Shown: positions 10,313-18,225, counted from the stretch's first letter. The stretch is DNA of 25,638 nucleotides from Candidatus Bathyarchaeota archaeon (GCA_963770935.1 CAVYRJ010000012.1:1-25638); one strand, 5' to 3'. Notes: generated by a model not told the origin, from the letters alone. A program made the numbers and translations.

Positions 10313-10344
10313 AAACCATAATTCATGGTTTTAAATTATGGTTT
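10313..10344. repeat. perfect 11 bp inverted repeat with 10 nt spacer
   Basis: AAACCATAATT-CATGGTTTTA-AATTATGGTTT; the spacer holds a third ATGGTTT half-site. Confidence 0.65.
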
Positions 10345-11204
10345 CCATAGAAAAAAATAGCGCCTTTTTGTATTTGCCGACTTTCGGAGTCAAACAATTA
10401 CAATAATAAAGAATTATGTCAAAATAAGCCTAATTATTAGTTATTTATAGAAAAAAGCCTTAACGGTTACCCGAAAATTCTTAGATCAAAAAAATAATAA
10501 TTTTTTTGTCCGAGTTTAAAAATCTTGAATTTGTCTTAATAGGTTTTCCTGCACAGCTTTTCTGTGCCAGTTGAAAGTGCATTATGAGTTAGTGATCAGA
10601 AATTGTTTTTTGTGTGCAACCCCTTTTTTGTACTTTGCAGAGCTTCAGGCAGTAGCGTAGATTCCAGAAATTTATGTTTTGACAGGTGGTGTAATTTGAG
10701 GTTTAGATCAGAGACAGAGGATGGTCTTAGCAATTCTAATATCACCTAAAAACTGTAGAACACAATTCATCATTGAGCTTTCGTTTCTTAAGAAAGCTTA
10801 GATTTAATTTCAGTAACCGGGTTGTAATTAACGATATTAATTTTTTAAAAATAAATCGACTGCCCGATAGGGTCACAGTTTAGGTCAACTTTGGTCTGAC
10901 ATTAAGTGTTAGATAGAATATCGCAGGCGTTCCAGATCTGCATAGGGTTTAGCAAGCGCCCGTGTCAAGCTCATTTGGAGGAGATTGCTATATTGCTTAT
11001 GTTAAGGCTGCCTAAACCGCCTAGTGTTTTAAATGGTGCTTTATCAAAAAACAATTGCCATTGAGCTTGTTGAAATGTGTATTACATTTAAAAAACACCT
11101 GAGGAGGTTAACCAGAAAAGGAGGTAACGAACATAAAGTTTTTTTTGAGAAAGCAACCTTCAAGAAAAACTTTTCTCGGTTGCTACAGCGCAAGATTAGC
11201 TAAA

Positions 11205-11312
11205 ATGGAATTGGGGAAAACAAGAAACTTATTGCAACATTCCTTGATTGGTGTAAGCTTTCTCTTGACTGTGTATATTGTGATAATCTCTTGCGTTCTT
11301 TTGCTGTGTTAA
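11205..11312 (+). CDS. candidate 35 aa single-pass membrane microprotein
   Basis: Manual translation MELGKTRNLLQHSLIGVSFLLTVYIVIISCVLLLC: basic N-terminus then a 22-residue uncharged hydrophobic stretch. Below the ORF-track cutoff; no RBS seen. Confidence 0.4.
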   Translation: MELGKTRNLLQHSLIGVSFLLTVYIVIISCVLLLC

Positions 11313-11381
11313 AAAGCATTCCGCAGTCTCGGCCAGCTATACTTGCCATTAGCGATCCAAGCATTTAAACCCGAAAGTTCT

Positions 11382-11414
11382 GTATACAAAAGCATCCCCC
11401 AAACACATTTTCCA
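11382..11414 (-). repeat. dispersed repeat A, copy 4
   Basis: Plus strand GTATACAAAAGCATCCCCCAAACACATTTTCCA; exact core at 11382-11396. Confidence 0.9.
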
Positions 11415-11475
11415 CACGAATTCTCGAAAACTTTTTCAATAAAAACAAACTGATAACACATTGGGATGACCTGTA

Positions 11476-11892
11476 TTGCCGGATTTCAAAGTCATAAACA
11501 AAACCTACAAGTTTACAACGCAAGGAGAGATAGATTTCATAGACTTATCTGATAAAGTCCAAGAAGAAGTCTCCAGTTCAGGAGTCAAAAATGGTATAGT
11601 CCACGTTTTCGCTCCACACGCAACCGGCATATTAATCTTGACAGAAAACGATTACGCCCTACTAAGCGATATCAAAGTTTTTCTTGAAGAGGTGACCCCA
11701 AAACAGGGGACATACTTGCACCCGTCTAATGCACATTCGCATTTGCGTTCCATGCTTCTTCCGCCTGACAAAACCTTGCCGATAATTAACGGGCGAGTTG
11801 AGTTTGGGACATGGCAATCGCTGCTATTTGTAGAAACCGACGTTTATCCCAGAGAAAGAACGTTAATTATCCAAGTCTTGGGCGAACGTTAA
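11476..11892 (+). CDS. yjbQ: YjbQ/UPF0047 family protein (secondary thiamine-phosphate synthase family)
   Basis: Motifs PHATGILILTEN, NAHSHLRSML, FGTWQSLLFVE; 138 aa. Confidence 0.9.
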   Translation: MPDFKVINKTYKFTTQGEIDFIDLSDKVQEEVSSSGVKNGIVHVFAPHATGILILTENDYALLSDIKVFLEEVTPKQGTYLHPSNAHSHLRSMLLPPDKTLPIINGRVEFGTWQSLLFVETDVYPRERTLIIQVLGER

Positions 11893-12359
11893 AAATAACG
11901 CTTGGACTCTAATCAGTATTTCATTTCGACAAATTCTAATTTTTTGGCAAAGCTTCCCGTTTTCGTTTCTCGTATTGAAGTAAGACAGCTGTTTAACATG
12001 TAAAATTAACTATTTAGTGATAAATTTGCAATATGCGTTGCATGGCATTTTCACTATTTATTGTAAAAAGTTACCATTCGATAAAATTTCGTCTGTTAGA
12101 AACGTAGGTAAAATAAATCAATAAGAAGTCAAATTAATAGTTTCAAGCTTGCAAAAGACAAACAGTAACTTTAGAAAGCGTTTGAAGGCTCATTCAAAGC
12201 CTAAATCTTACATCGATCAGAGCTGATAATGAATATTTTAAGATATGTTTCCAACATTTTATTGTTCGTTTAAGCTTTTTCATGGAGTAAATAAAGAACT
12301 AAACGGTCTTCTTTTAGCTAAAAAATCTTAAGTTATGCAAAGGTCCGCTGTCTAGTATG

Positions 12360-12406
12360 AAAAAAGGGGTACAAAAAAAGATTGTAATTGCGCCCAGTCT
12401 TTTTTG
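12360..12406 (-). terminator. hairpin plus oligo-T terminator downstream of pncA
   Basis: Arms AAAAAAGATTG (12374-12384) and CAGTCTTTTTT (12395-12405); minus strand reads TCTTTTTTTGTACCCCTTTTTT. Confidence 0.55.
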
Positions 12407-12416
12407 CGACGTAAAT

Positions 12417-12448
12417 TGGAATGGATATATAAGGTTCGCTGCACTTCG
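12417..12448 (-). promoter_or_regulatory. repeat B copy 2, extended BRE-TATA-like motif
   Basis: Minus strand CGAAGTGCAGCGAACCTTATATATCCATTCCA, beginning 8 nt after the pncA stop. Confidence 0.65.
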
Positions 12449-12456
12449 GATAAACT

Positions 12457-13197
12457 TTAGCCTTTTCGCTCGGTTCGAATCCGCTTAGCTGACCCCTTAG
12501 ATCGCATGCGAGCTTTTTTCTTAAACTCCGCTCTCTGAGAAGGCTTCTCTTCTAACGCGTCAGGTTGTGTTTCTTCTATGGGCAGTGCATCGACGGCGTC
12601 TAGAAAATCTTCGGCAGTTGCTTGTTGAGCTCCGCTTTCAAGCATGGTTTTAATCGCTTTGTCAACGTCGCCTGGCTCCACGTTAATGCCCAACGTTCCA
12701 TCCAAAAGCACAACTGTTTCAAAGCCGAGTTTACGAGCATCTACAACGGTATTAACAACACAGTAGTCGGTTGCTAAACCACAAACGAAAAGCCGTTTAA
12801 CGCCCAGCGTTCGCAACTCGTAAGCGAGGCTTGTACCATCAAAAGCTGAGTAAGCTTCCCTTTCAGGGTTAGTGGCTTTGGAAATGACGATTGTATGTTT
12901 GGTTAGTTTAAGGTCAGGGCTAAACTTTGCTCCGCTTGTTTCCTGAATGCAGTGAGGTGGCCATGGACCACCCTGCGCTTTAAAAGATATGTGATTGGGA
13001 GGATGCCAGTCTCTTGAAGCTAAAACATGTGCTTTAGCATCCCCAAAACGCCTTATGTAATCGTTGAGGACGGGGATGATTTCATCTCCGCCGTCAATTG
13101 GCAAGGCGCCACCGGGGAGAAAGTCTTTTTGTATATCGGTTATTAAAAGGGCATCTGAGTTTTTTATAAAGTAGTTTTTACTCAAACAAGTCACCAT
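12457..13197 (-). CDS. pncA: nicotinamidase/pyrazinamidase (isochorismatase family)
   Basis: DIQKDFLPGGAL, RDWHP, WPPHC, catalytic K followed by YSAF, GLATDYCV. Start may be the TTG at 13185 after GGTGA. Confidence 0.9.
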   Translation of the reverse strand: MVTCLSKNYFIKNSDALLITDIQKDFLPGGALPIDGGDEIIPVLNDYIRRFGDAKAHVLASRDWHPPNHISFKAQGGPWPPHCIQETSGAKFSPDLKLTKHTIVISKATNPEREAYSAFDGTSLAYELRTLGVKRLFVCGLATDYCVVNTVVDARKLGFETVVLLDGTLGINVEPGDVDKAIKTMLESGAQQATAEDFLDAVDALPIEETQPDALEEKPSQRAEFKKKARMRSKGSAKRIRTERKG

Positions 13198-13342
13198 TTT
13201 TAGAATTATGTGTTCCTTTAAGAGTTATGCTAAAACCTATTCTATGTAAGAGTGAAGGTATGGATAAACTTTTTTGCCGCACACTTAGTGCTTCATGGAA
13301 AAGTAATTAAGCCTTCAAAAGAATATGTTGATGGTGAAAAAC

Positions 13343-13612
13343 ATGGCTATTTTAGCTTATGTTCTCTTTAAAGTTGCTTCAGGAACCGAAAGGGATGTTG
13401 CTGAAAAACTGACAGAGTTTGCCGAGGTTGTACAGGCGGATATTATTTTCGGCGAGTACGATGTGATAGCAAGGGTAACGATTGATGATTTGGAAAAGCT
13501 GGAAGAGTTCGTCTCGCAGAGCATCAGAAATGTACCAAATGTGCTTGTTACCTCAACTATGATTATCTCAAGAGAGTACAAAGGCAAAAGTTTTCGACCT
13601 AAAAACAAGTAA
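13343..13612 (+). CDS. stand-alone Lrp/AsnC ligand-binding (RAM) domain protein
   Basis: AYVLFKV...IIFGEYDVIARV...IRNVPNVLVTST; no HTH; GGTGA RBS before ATG 13343. Confidence 0.88.
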   Translation: MAILAYVLFKVASGTERDVAEKLTEFAEVVQADIIFGEYDVIARVTIDDLEKLEEFVSQSIRNVPNVLVTSTMIISREYKGKSFRPKNK

Positions 13613-13991
13613 CCTTTTTTTGATAATTTCTATTTTAAATGAAAAATTCTAAGGGTCATTTTTAGGGTCGTAACTGTTTTCCTTCGTTACCTGAAACCTG
13701 CAAGGCAAATCAGCCCATGGTCTTTTTTCATTGTTTTAAATAATTTTTACCCGAGTGTCAAAGGCTTTTTTAACTTTTTAATGTAAAAAAAGTACGTTCG
13801 GGTGTTTTTCGCCTAAATGAAAAGCAAATCAAATTAAGAAAGCAGAATTTTGAGTTTGCATATGAGACAAGCATAAGTATAAAGTGATAACTGGTCACTT
13901 CTTAACAAGAAAATCTTCTAAAAAACAGATTTAAATGATCATAAGGTAGGATTTCTGAGCGAAAATTCTTGACTGGACATCGTTGATGCCT

Positions 13992-14108
13992 TTAAGGGGA
14001 AGGCATTACTGGTCTTTTTAGCAAAATGTTGATTGCATCAACACTATATAGAGCCTTTTTCTTCATTGACAATTCTATTGAGGAGATATCAATTGAAATT
14101 TTCGCCAT
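13992..14108 (-). CDS. candidate 38 aa small protein
   Basis: Manual translation MAKISIDISSIELSMKKKALYSVDAINILLKRPVMPSP; GGTGG ends only 2 nt before the ATG; repeat-B promoter ~50 nt upstream. Confidence 0.35.
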   Translation of the reverse strand: MAKISIDISSIELSMKKKALYSVDAINILLKRPVMPSP

Positions 14109-14155
14109 GTCCACCGTTTTTTATTTTTATGTTTTCTTCTGCCGGGTTGAGTGAC

Positions 14156-14187
14156 TGGTATGAATATATAAGGTTCGTTCGACTTCG
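14156..14187 (-). promoter_or_regulatory. repeat B copy 3, extended BRE-TATA-like motif
   Basis: Minus strand CGAAGTCGAACGAACCTTATATATTCATACCA. Confidence 0.7.
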
Positions 14188-14240
14188 AATTTTTAGGGGT
14201 TTTTTAATATCAGCGATGCAGCAGTGGGTTAGTATGTATG

Positions 14241-14262
14241 GTTTGGTGATGCTTTTGTATAC
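14241..14262 (+). repeat. dispersed repeat A, copy 5
   Basis: GTTTGGTGATGCTTTTGTATAC; exact core at 14248-14262; 21 nt identical to copy 1. Confidence 0.9.
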
Positions 14263-14316
14263 GGCTCGAGGATATGCTTATCTTTAAACCAGTCACAATA
14301 GTAATCAGGCGTCAAT

Positions 14317-15858
14317 ATGCAAACAAAAAACAGAACCCCCTCAATAACAAGCCGCGAAATGCGTGCCCTAGAATGCAACGCCCAATACTTTGGCATAGGC
14401 CTAATTCAACTGATGGAGAACGCTGGACGCAGTGTTGCTCAAGAAACCATTACCCGTTTTCAAAAGAACAAGAAAGCCGTGGTTTTCTGTGGTTTAGGTG
14501 GAAATGGGGGAGACGGTTTTGTTGTAGCTAGGCATCTTTTAGCAGAGAATTTTGACGTTGCTGTGGTGGTGGTTGGCAGAAGTTGCGATATTAATCATGA
14601 AGCAGCATTGAGCAATTGGAGGATTCTTCAGTCTCTTCAGGGTAAGGTTACTTTGCATGAAGTTACAGACAGTTCCCTTATACCTAAAGTGACTGCTGGC
14701 ATTGTTGTTGATGCCTTGCTTGGGACGGGAACAAAAGGGAAGTTAAAACCCCCAATTTCCCAAGTAGTCGATTACATTAACTCGCTAAGTGGCTTCAAGA
14801 TTGCCGTTGACGTACCCACAGGTATCGATTCAGATACAGGCGAAGTGTTAGGCACAGCAGTAAAGGCAGACCTTACCATTACTTTCCATAAGGCAAAATT
14901 GGGCTTGGAGAAAGCTAAAAAATATGTTGGTGATTTGGCTGTGGTCGACATTGGTTTACCTTCGGAGATGGAGCGGTTTGCTGGTCCAGGTGATGTTCTT
15001 CTTGCCAGCAAACCACGAAGCCCAACGTCCCACAAGGGCGACTTTGGGCGCTTGCTCGTAATTGGTGGCAGCGAGGTTTACTCTGGTGCACCCACTTTGG
15101 TTTCTTTGGCTGCCATGCGAACAGGAGTAGACATTATTTATCTTGCCGCTCCAGTCAAGACTGCTTACGCGATTTCTTCAATTTCTCCTGACTTGATAAC
15201 AATAAAGCTTGAGGGAGACAACCTTAACCCAGGTAACGTGGGAACGCTTAAGCCTTATTTGGAGATGGTTGACGCGGTTGCCATGGGTCCCGGTTTAGGT
15301 TTGAACCCGGAAACAATCAAATTTGTCAAAGGGTGTGTTGAAGAAGTTGAAAAAGCTAAAAAACCAGTGCTTTTAGATGCTGACGGGCTGAAAGCCTTCG
15401 CTAAATTCAAACGACCCTTAAAAGTGCCCCTTGTATTGACACCGCATGCCGGAGAATACACAATACTAACGGGCGAAACCCTGCCTGAAAACCAAGAAGA
15501 ACGCGTATTGGCAATACAAAAAAACGCTAAAAAACTAAACGCAACCATTTTGGTGAAGGGCAAAGTCGACATTATATGCGATGCTGAGCGTGCAAAGTTG
15601 AATTTTACGGGTAATCCAGCGATGACTGTGGGGGGAACGGGCGATGTCCTAAGCGGCATTGTGGGTGGTTTGCTGTCGCAAGGTGTTGATGCATTTGAGG
15701 CAGCAGTGGCTGGAGCGTTTGTTAATGGTGCTGCAGGCGACTTTGTTGAGGATGAAATTGGTTTTCACATGGTTGCAACCGACATAATTGAGTGGATTCC
15801 AAGGGTTCTTGATGACCCAATGAGTCATTTGAAGGTGCGCAAACCAAGTGGAAAGTGA
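14317..15858 (+). CDS. nnr: bifunctional NAD(P)H-hydrate epimerase/dehydratase (NnrE-NnrD, YjeF)
   Basis: LMENAG, GLGGNGGDG, VDALLGTG, AVDVPTG (YjeF_N); HKGDFGRLLVIGGS, GPGLG, DADGL, LTPHAGE, GGTGDVLSG (NnrD). Confidence 0.95.
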   Translation: MQTKNRTPSITSREMRALECNAQYFGIGLIQLMENAGRSVAQETITRFQKNKKAVVFCGLGGNGGDGFVVARHLLAENFDVAVVVVGRSCDINHEAALSNWRILQSLQGKVTLHEVTDSSLIPKVTAGIVVDALLGTGTKGKLKPPISQVVDYINSLSGFKIAVDVPTGIDSDTGEVLGTAVKADLTITFHKAKLGLEKAKKYVGDLAVVDIGLPSEMERFAGPGDVLLASKPRSPTSHKGDFGRLLVIGGSEVYSGAPTLVSLAAMRTGVDIIYLAAPVKTAYAISSISPDLITIKLEGDNLNPGNVGTLKPYLEMVDAVAMGPGLGLNPETIKFVKGCVEEVEKAKKPVLLDADGLKAFAKFKRPLKVPLVLTPHAGEYTILTGETLPENQEERVLAIQKNAKKLNATILVKGKVDIICDAERAKLNFTGNPAMTVGGTGDVLSGIVGGLLSQGVDAFEAAVAGAFVNGAAGDFVEDEIGFHMVATDIIEWIPRVLDDPMSHLKVRKPSGK

Positions 15859-16405
15859 TTCGGAAGCCCCAAAGTCAGGTTTACCTGTAAGGATTTCAAT
15901 TTATCATGCCGCTCAGGATGACCCGAAAAAGAACACTGCTCTCAGGCTGAAACGTCGAGGACTGGCACGGATAGTAACGAGGGTAAGGTTTCTGCCAAAA
16001 AGGGCAATAGTTCTAAATCCTTTCGGCGAAATTGCTTTTTCACCCGCAGACAGGGAAAGAATTGAGCACTTCGGGTTGGCTGCGTTGGATTGCAGTTGGG
16101 AACATGCCCAGAAAGTCATGGAAAAACATGTTAGAGGAACCAGCCGCTGCTTACCTATACTCATAGCAGGTAACCCAGTTAACTATGGTAAACTTACAAA
16201 ACTAACTACAGCTGAAGCCATTGCGGCAGCATTGTATATTGCTGGTTTTAAGGCTGAGTCAGAGCAGTTGTTATCGATTTTTACTTGGGGACACACGTTC
16301 TTTGAACTAAACGGCATGTTGCTGGACAACTATGTTACAGCTAAGGACAGCACTCAAATCATTGAGATGCAGAATAAACTTCTTAAGGGTAAAAAATGCG
16401 AGTAA
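15848..16405 (+). CDS. tsr3: SSU rRNA aminocarboxypropyltransferase Tsr3 (DUF367)
   Basis: QDDPKKNTALRL, SPAD, LDCSW, RCLPILIAGNPVNYGK..KLTTAEAIAAAL, FTWGHTFFELN. Confidence 0.93.
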   Translation: MESDSEAPKSGLPVRISIYHAAQDDPKKNTALRLKRRGLARIVTRVRFLPKRAIVLNPFGEIAFSPADRERIEHFGLAALDCSWEHAQKVMEKHVRGTSRCLPILIAGNPVNYGKLTKLTTAEAIAAALYIAGFKAESEQLLSIFTWGHTFFELNGMLLDNYVTAKDSTQIIEMQNKLLKGKKCE

Positions 16406-16440
16406 AGCTGTGTTTGGTTGATGCTTTTGTATACGGAACT
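16404..16440 (+). repeat. dispersed repeat A, copy 6
   Basis: AAAGCTGTGTTTGGTTGATGCTTTTGTATACGGAACT directly after the tsr3 stop; exact core at 16420-16434. Confidence 0.9.
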
Positions 16441-16501
16441 CTGAAAGGCTTATTGCTGACCATGCAAAATGTTTAAAAAAAGGCGTTGGGAGAATTGAAG
16501 C

Positions 16502-17134
16502 TTGGAGTTTATCACTGATTTCTATGTGTTCTTGGCTTCAGTTCTGGTTATTTCGCTTTCAGGGGTCCTGTTGCCTGGACCGTTGTTCGCTATCACAATA
16601 AAGAAGGCCTCGAAAAGCAAAACGGCTGGAGCCTTGATTTCGGTTGGGCATGGAATTGTAGAGTTTCCGCTGATGTTTCTAATTTTCTTTTTATTAAGCC
16701 AATTTAACATTCCAAGTGTAGTGCAGGTTGCAGTGGGGTCGGTGGGGGGTTTTTTGATGATTTACATGGGAGTTCAAGCTTTCCGAAACAGACACAAGAA
16801 AGAGGAATCAACAACGGGTTTGAAGCGGGAATCTTTGCTTGCAGGAGCCTGGACTACAGCTGCAAACGCAGGCTTTATCCTTTGGTGGTTAACCATCGGA
16901 ACCACACTTATTTTAAATGCTAAACTTTTTGGGTTGATAGGGTTTTCTGTCTTTGCGGGAGTTCATTGGCTCGTCGATTTCTCTTGGTACACAATAGTGG
17001 CTATGTTGATTTTTAAGTCCCAGAGGTTCTGGACTGAGCGTACACAAATGGGAATTACACTTTTTTGCGTAGCGGTGTTTATTGGTTTTGGAGCGTACTT
17101 TATGAGTTCGGCGCTATGGTCGCTTTTGGGATAG
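16502..17134 (+). CDS. LysE family transporter
   Basis: SLSGVLLPGPL, VGHGIVE, ANAGFILWWLTIG, about 6 TM helices, 210 aa. Confidence 0.88.
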   Translation: MEFITDFYVFLASVLVISLSGVLLPGPLFAITIKKASKSKTAGALISVGHGIVEFPLMFLIFFLLSQFNIPSVVQVAVGSVGGFLMIYMGVQAFRNRHKKEESTTGLKRESLLAGAWTTAANAGFILWWLTIGTTLILNAKLFGLIGFSVFAGVHWLVDFSWYTIVAMLIFKSQRFWTERTQMGITLFCVAVFIGFGAYFMSSALWSLLG

Positions 17135-17156
17135 TTATATTAGACTTTTGAGGTAA

Positions 17157-17708
17157 GTGTTATTCATGGAATTTAAAGTTGGAAACGCGACACTGGAAAT
17201 AGTTAAAGGTGATATTGCAGACGTTGAAACTGACGCCGTCGTAAATGCCGCTAACTCCACCCTTTTGGGAGGCGGCGGAGTAGACGGAGCAATACACCGA
17301 AAAGGTGGACCGAAAATTCTTGAAGAATGCAAACGAATAAGAGAAACTGAGTGGCCTGATGGGTTGCCTACAGGCAAAGCAGTCATTACTTCGGGTGGCA
17401 ATCTAAAAGCCAAATATGTCATTCACACTGTTGGACCGGTTTGGTTCGGAGGCTTTCATGTTGAAGCTGAACTGTTGAAACAGGCTTATAGGAACACGCT
17501 AAAACTTGCCGTTTCTAAAGGGCTTAAGACCATTGCGTTTCCATCAATTAGCACTGGAGCTTACGGTTATCCAATTGAAGAAGCAAGCCGCATGGCTGTG
17601 GGCACAGTTAGGTCGTTTTTAGAAAACGAAGATAAGCTTGAAAAAGTAATTTTTGTATTGTTTTCAGATAAGGCTTTTGAAATTTACTTGAAAGCAGCCA
17701 CTCCTTAG
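17157..17708 (+). CDS. macro domain protein (O-acetyl-ADP-ribose deacetylase/ADP-ribosylhydrolase, YmdB/MacroD-like)
   Basis: GDI, DAVVNAANSTLLGGGGVDGAIH, VIHTVGP, IAFPSISTGAYGYP. Start may be ATG 17166. Confidence 0.93.
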   Translation: MLFMEFKVGNATLEIVKGDIADVETDAVVNAANSTLLGGGGVDGAIHRKGGPKILEECKRIRETEWPDGLPTGKAVITSGGNLKAKYVIHTVGPVWFGGFHVEAELLKQAYRNTLKLAVSKGLKTIAFPSISTGAYGYPIEEASRMAVGTVRSFLENEDKLEKVIFVLFSDKAFEIYLKAATP

Positions 17709-17796
17709 TGTCCATTTTTTATTTCTTGCTTCCGCTATTCATAGTCATTTAGGAAAAAGGGTCCTTGAGCGCTATCGGTTCCAAATGTATTAAGGT

Positions 17797-18060
17797 TTAA
17801 GGTATGACGGAGACTTCTTCTGCTTCCATTATTGAAGCCACAGGAATGTCTAGTTGTTCCTGTATAACATGCAGTATGGCTTCTTGGTTTGGTCCTTCAA
17901 TGAGAAAGGCTACGCGGTTTTCTGCTCCGCAGCAATAGCATGCTTTCATTTCGATGCCTTTAATTTTTCCTTTCGAGAGCATTTTTGCTGCTCCCTTTGC
18001 ACAAGTTCGAGGATCTTTACCTGAACTTAGAATAGCTGAATTAACTAAATAGCTTGGCAA
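17797..18060 (-). CDS. small Cys-containing protein resembling DUF4242/GYD ferredoxin-like families
   Basis: MPSYLV start (TTG 18060); ACYCCGAENRVAFLIEGPNQEAI...IPVASIMEAEEV resembles the xYx..K/RxxxxxxAPxxEA...P...I.E pattern. Family call is tentative. Confidence 0.6.
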   Translation of the reverse strand: MPSYLVNSAILSSGKDPRTCAKGAAKMLSKGKIKGIEMKACYCCGAENRVAFLIEGPNQEAILHVIQEQLDIPVASIMEAEEVSVIP

Positions 18061-18225
18061 AAAATTCACTTCCTAACTAATATGTAGATAGAAGGAATTT
18101 ATAAAGCATTACGGATTTGGTCATATATCGACTTTGGATATATATCGAAACCTATAACAACTGATATATTAACAATTAAGATAGACTTGAAGTTAATCAG
18201 AACACAACAGCAAGCAGGAATAAAA

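Noticed and set aside
9768-11380. Replication origin in the long AT-rich tract (TTCCA motifs near 10343, 10662, 10930)
   Set aside because: Only partial ORB resemblance, no consistent repeated ORB with a G-string, and no orc1/cdc6 in the window.
12471-12483. CGGTTCGAATCCG resembling a tRNA T-loop
   Set aside because: Only a 3 bp stem, no cloverleaf, and it lies antisense within the pncA coding tail.
4958-13691. Recurring GTTACC hexamer in intergenic tracts (4958, 5322, 10466, 11123, 12070, 13686)
   Set aside because: Too short to distinguish from chance without a background model; flanks are inconsistent.
5533-14287. Intergenic ORF-track calls 5533..5739, 9573..9767, 9891..10139 and 14033..14287
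   Set aside because: No recognisable motifs or RBS, atypical composition, and three of them run through repeat A or B.
4928-16440. Repeat A as a CRISPR array
   Set aside because: Copies are 0.8-4 kb apart, in mixed orientation, with no spacer periodicity and no cas genes.
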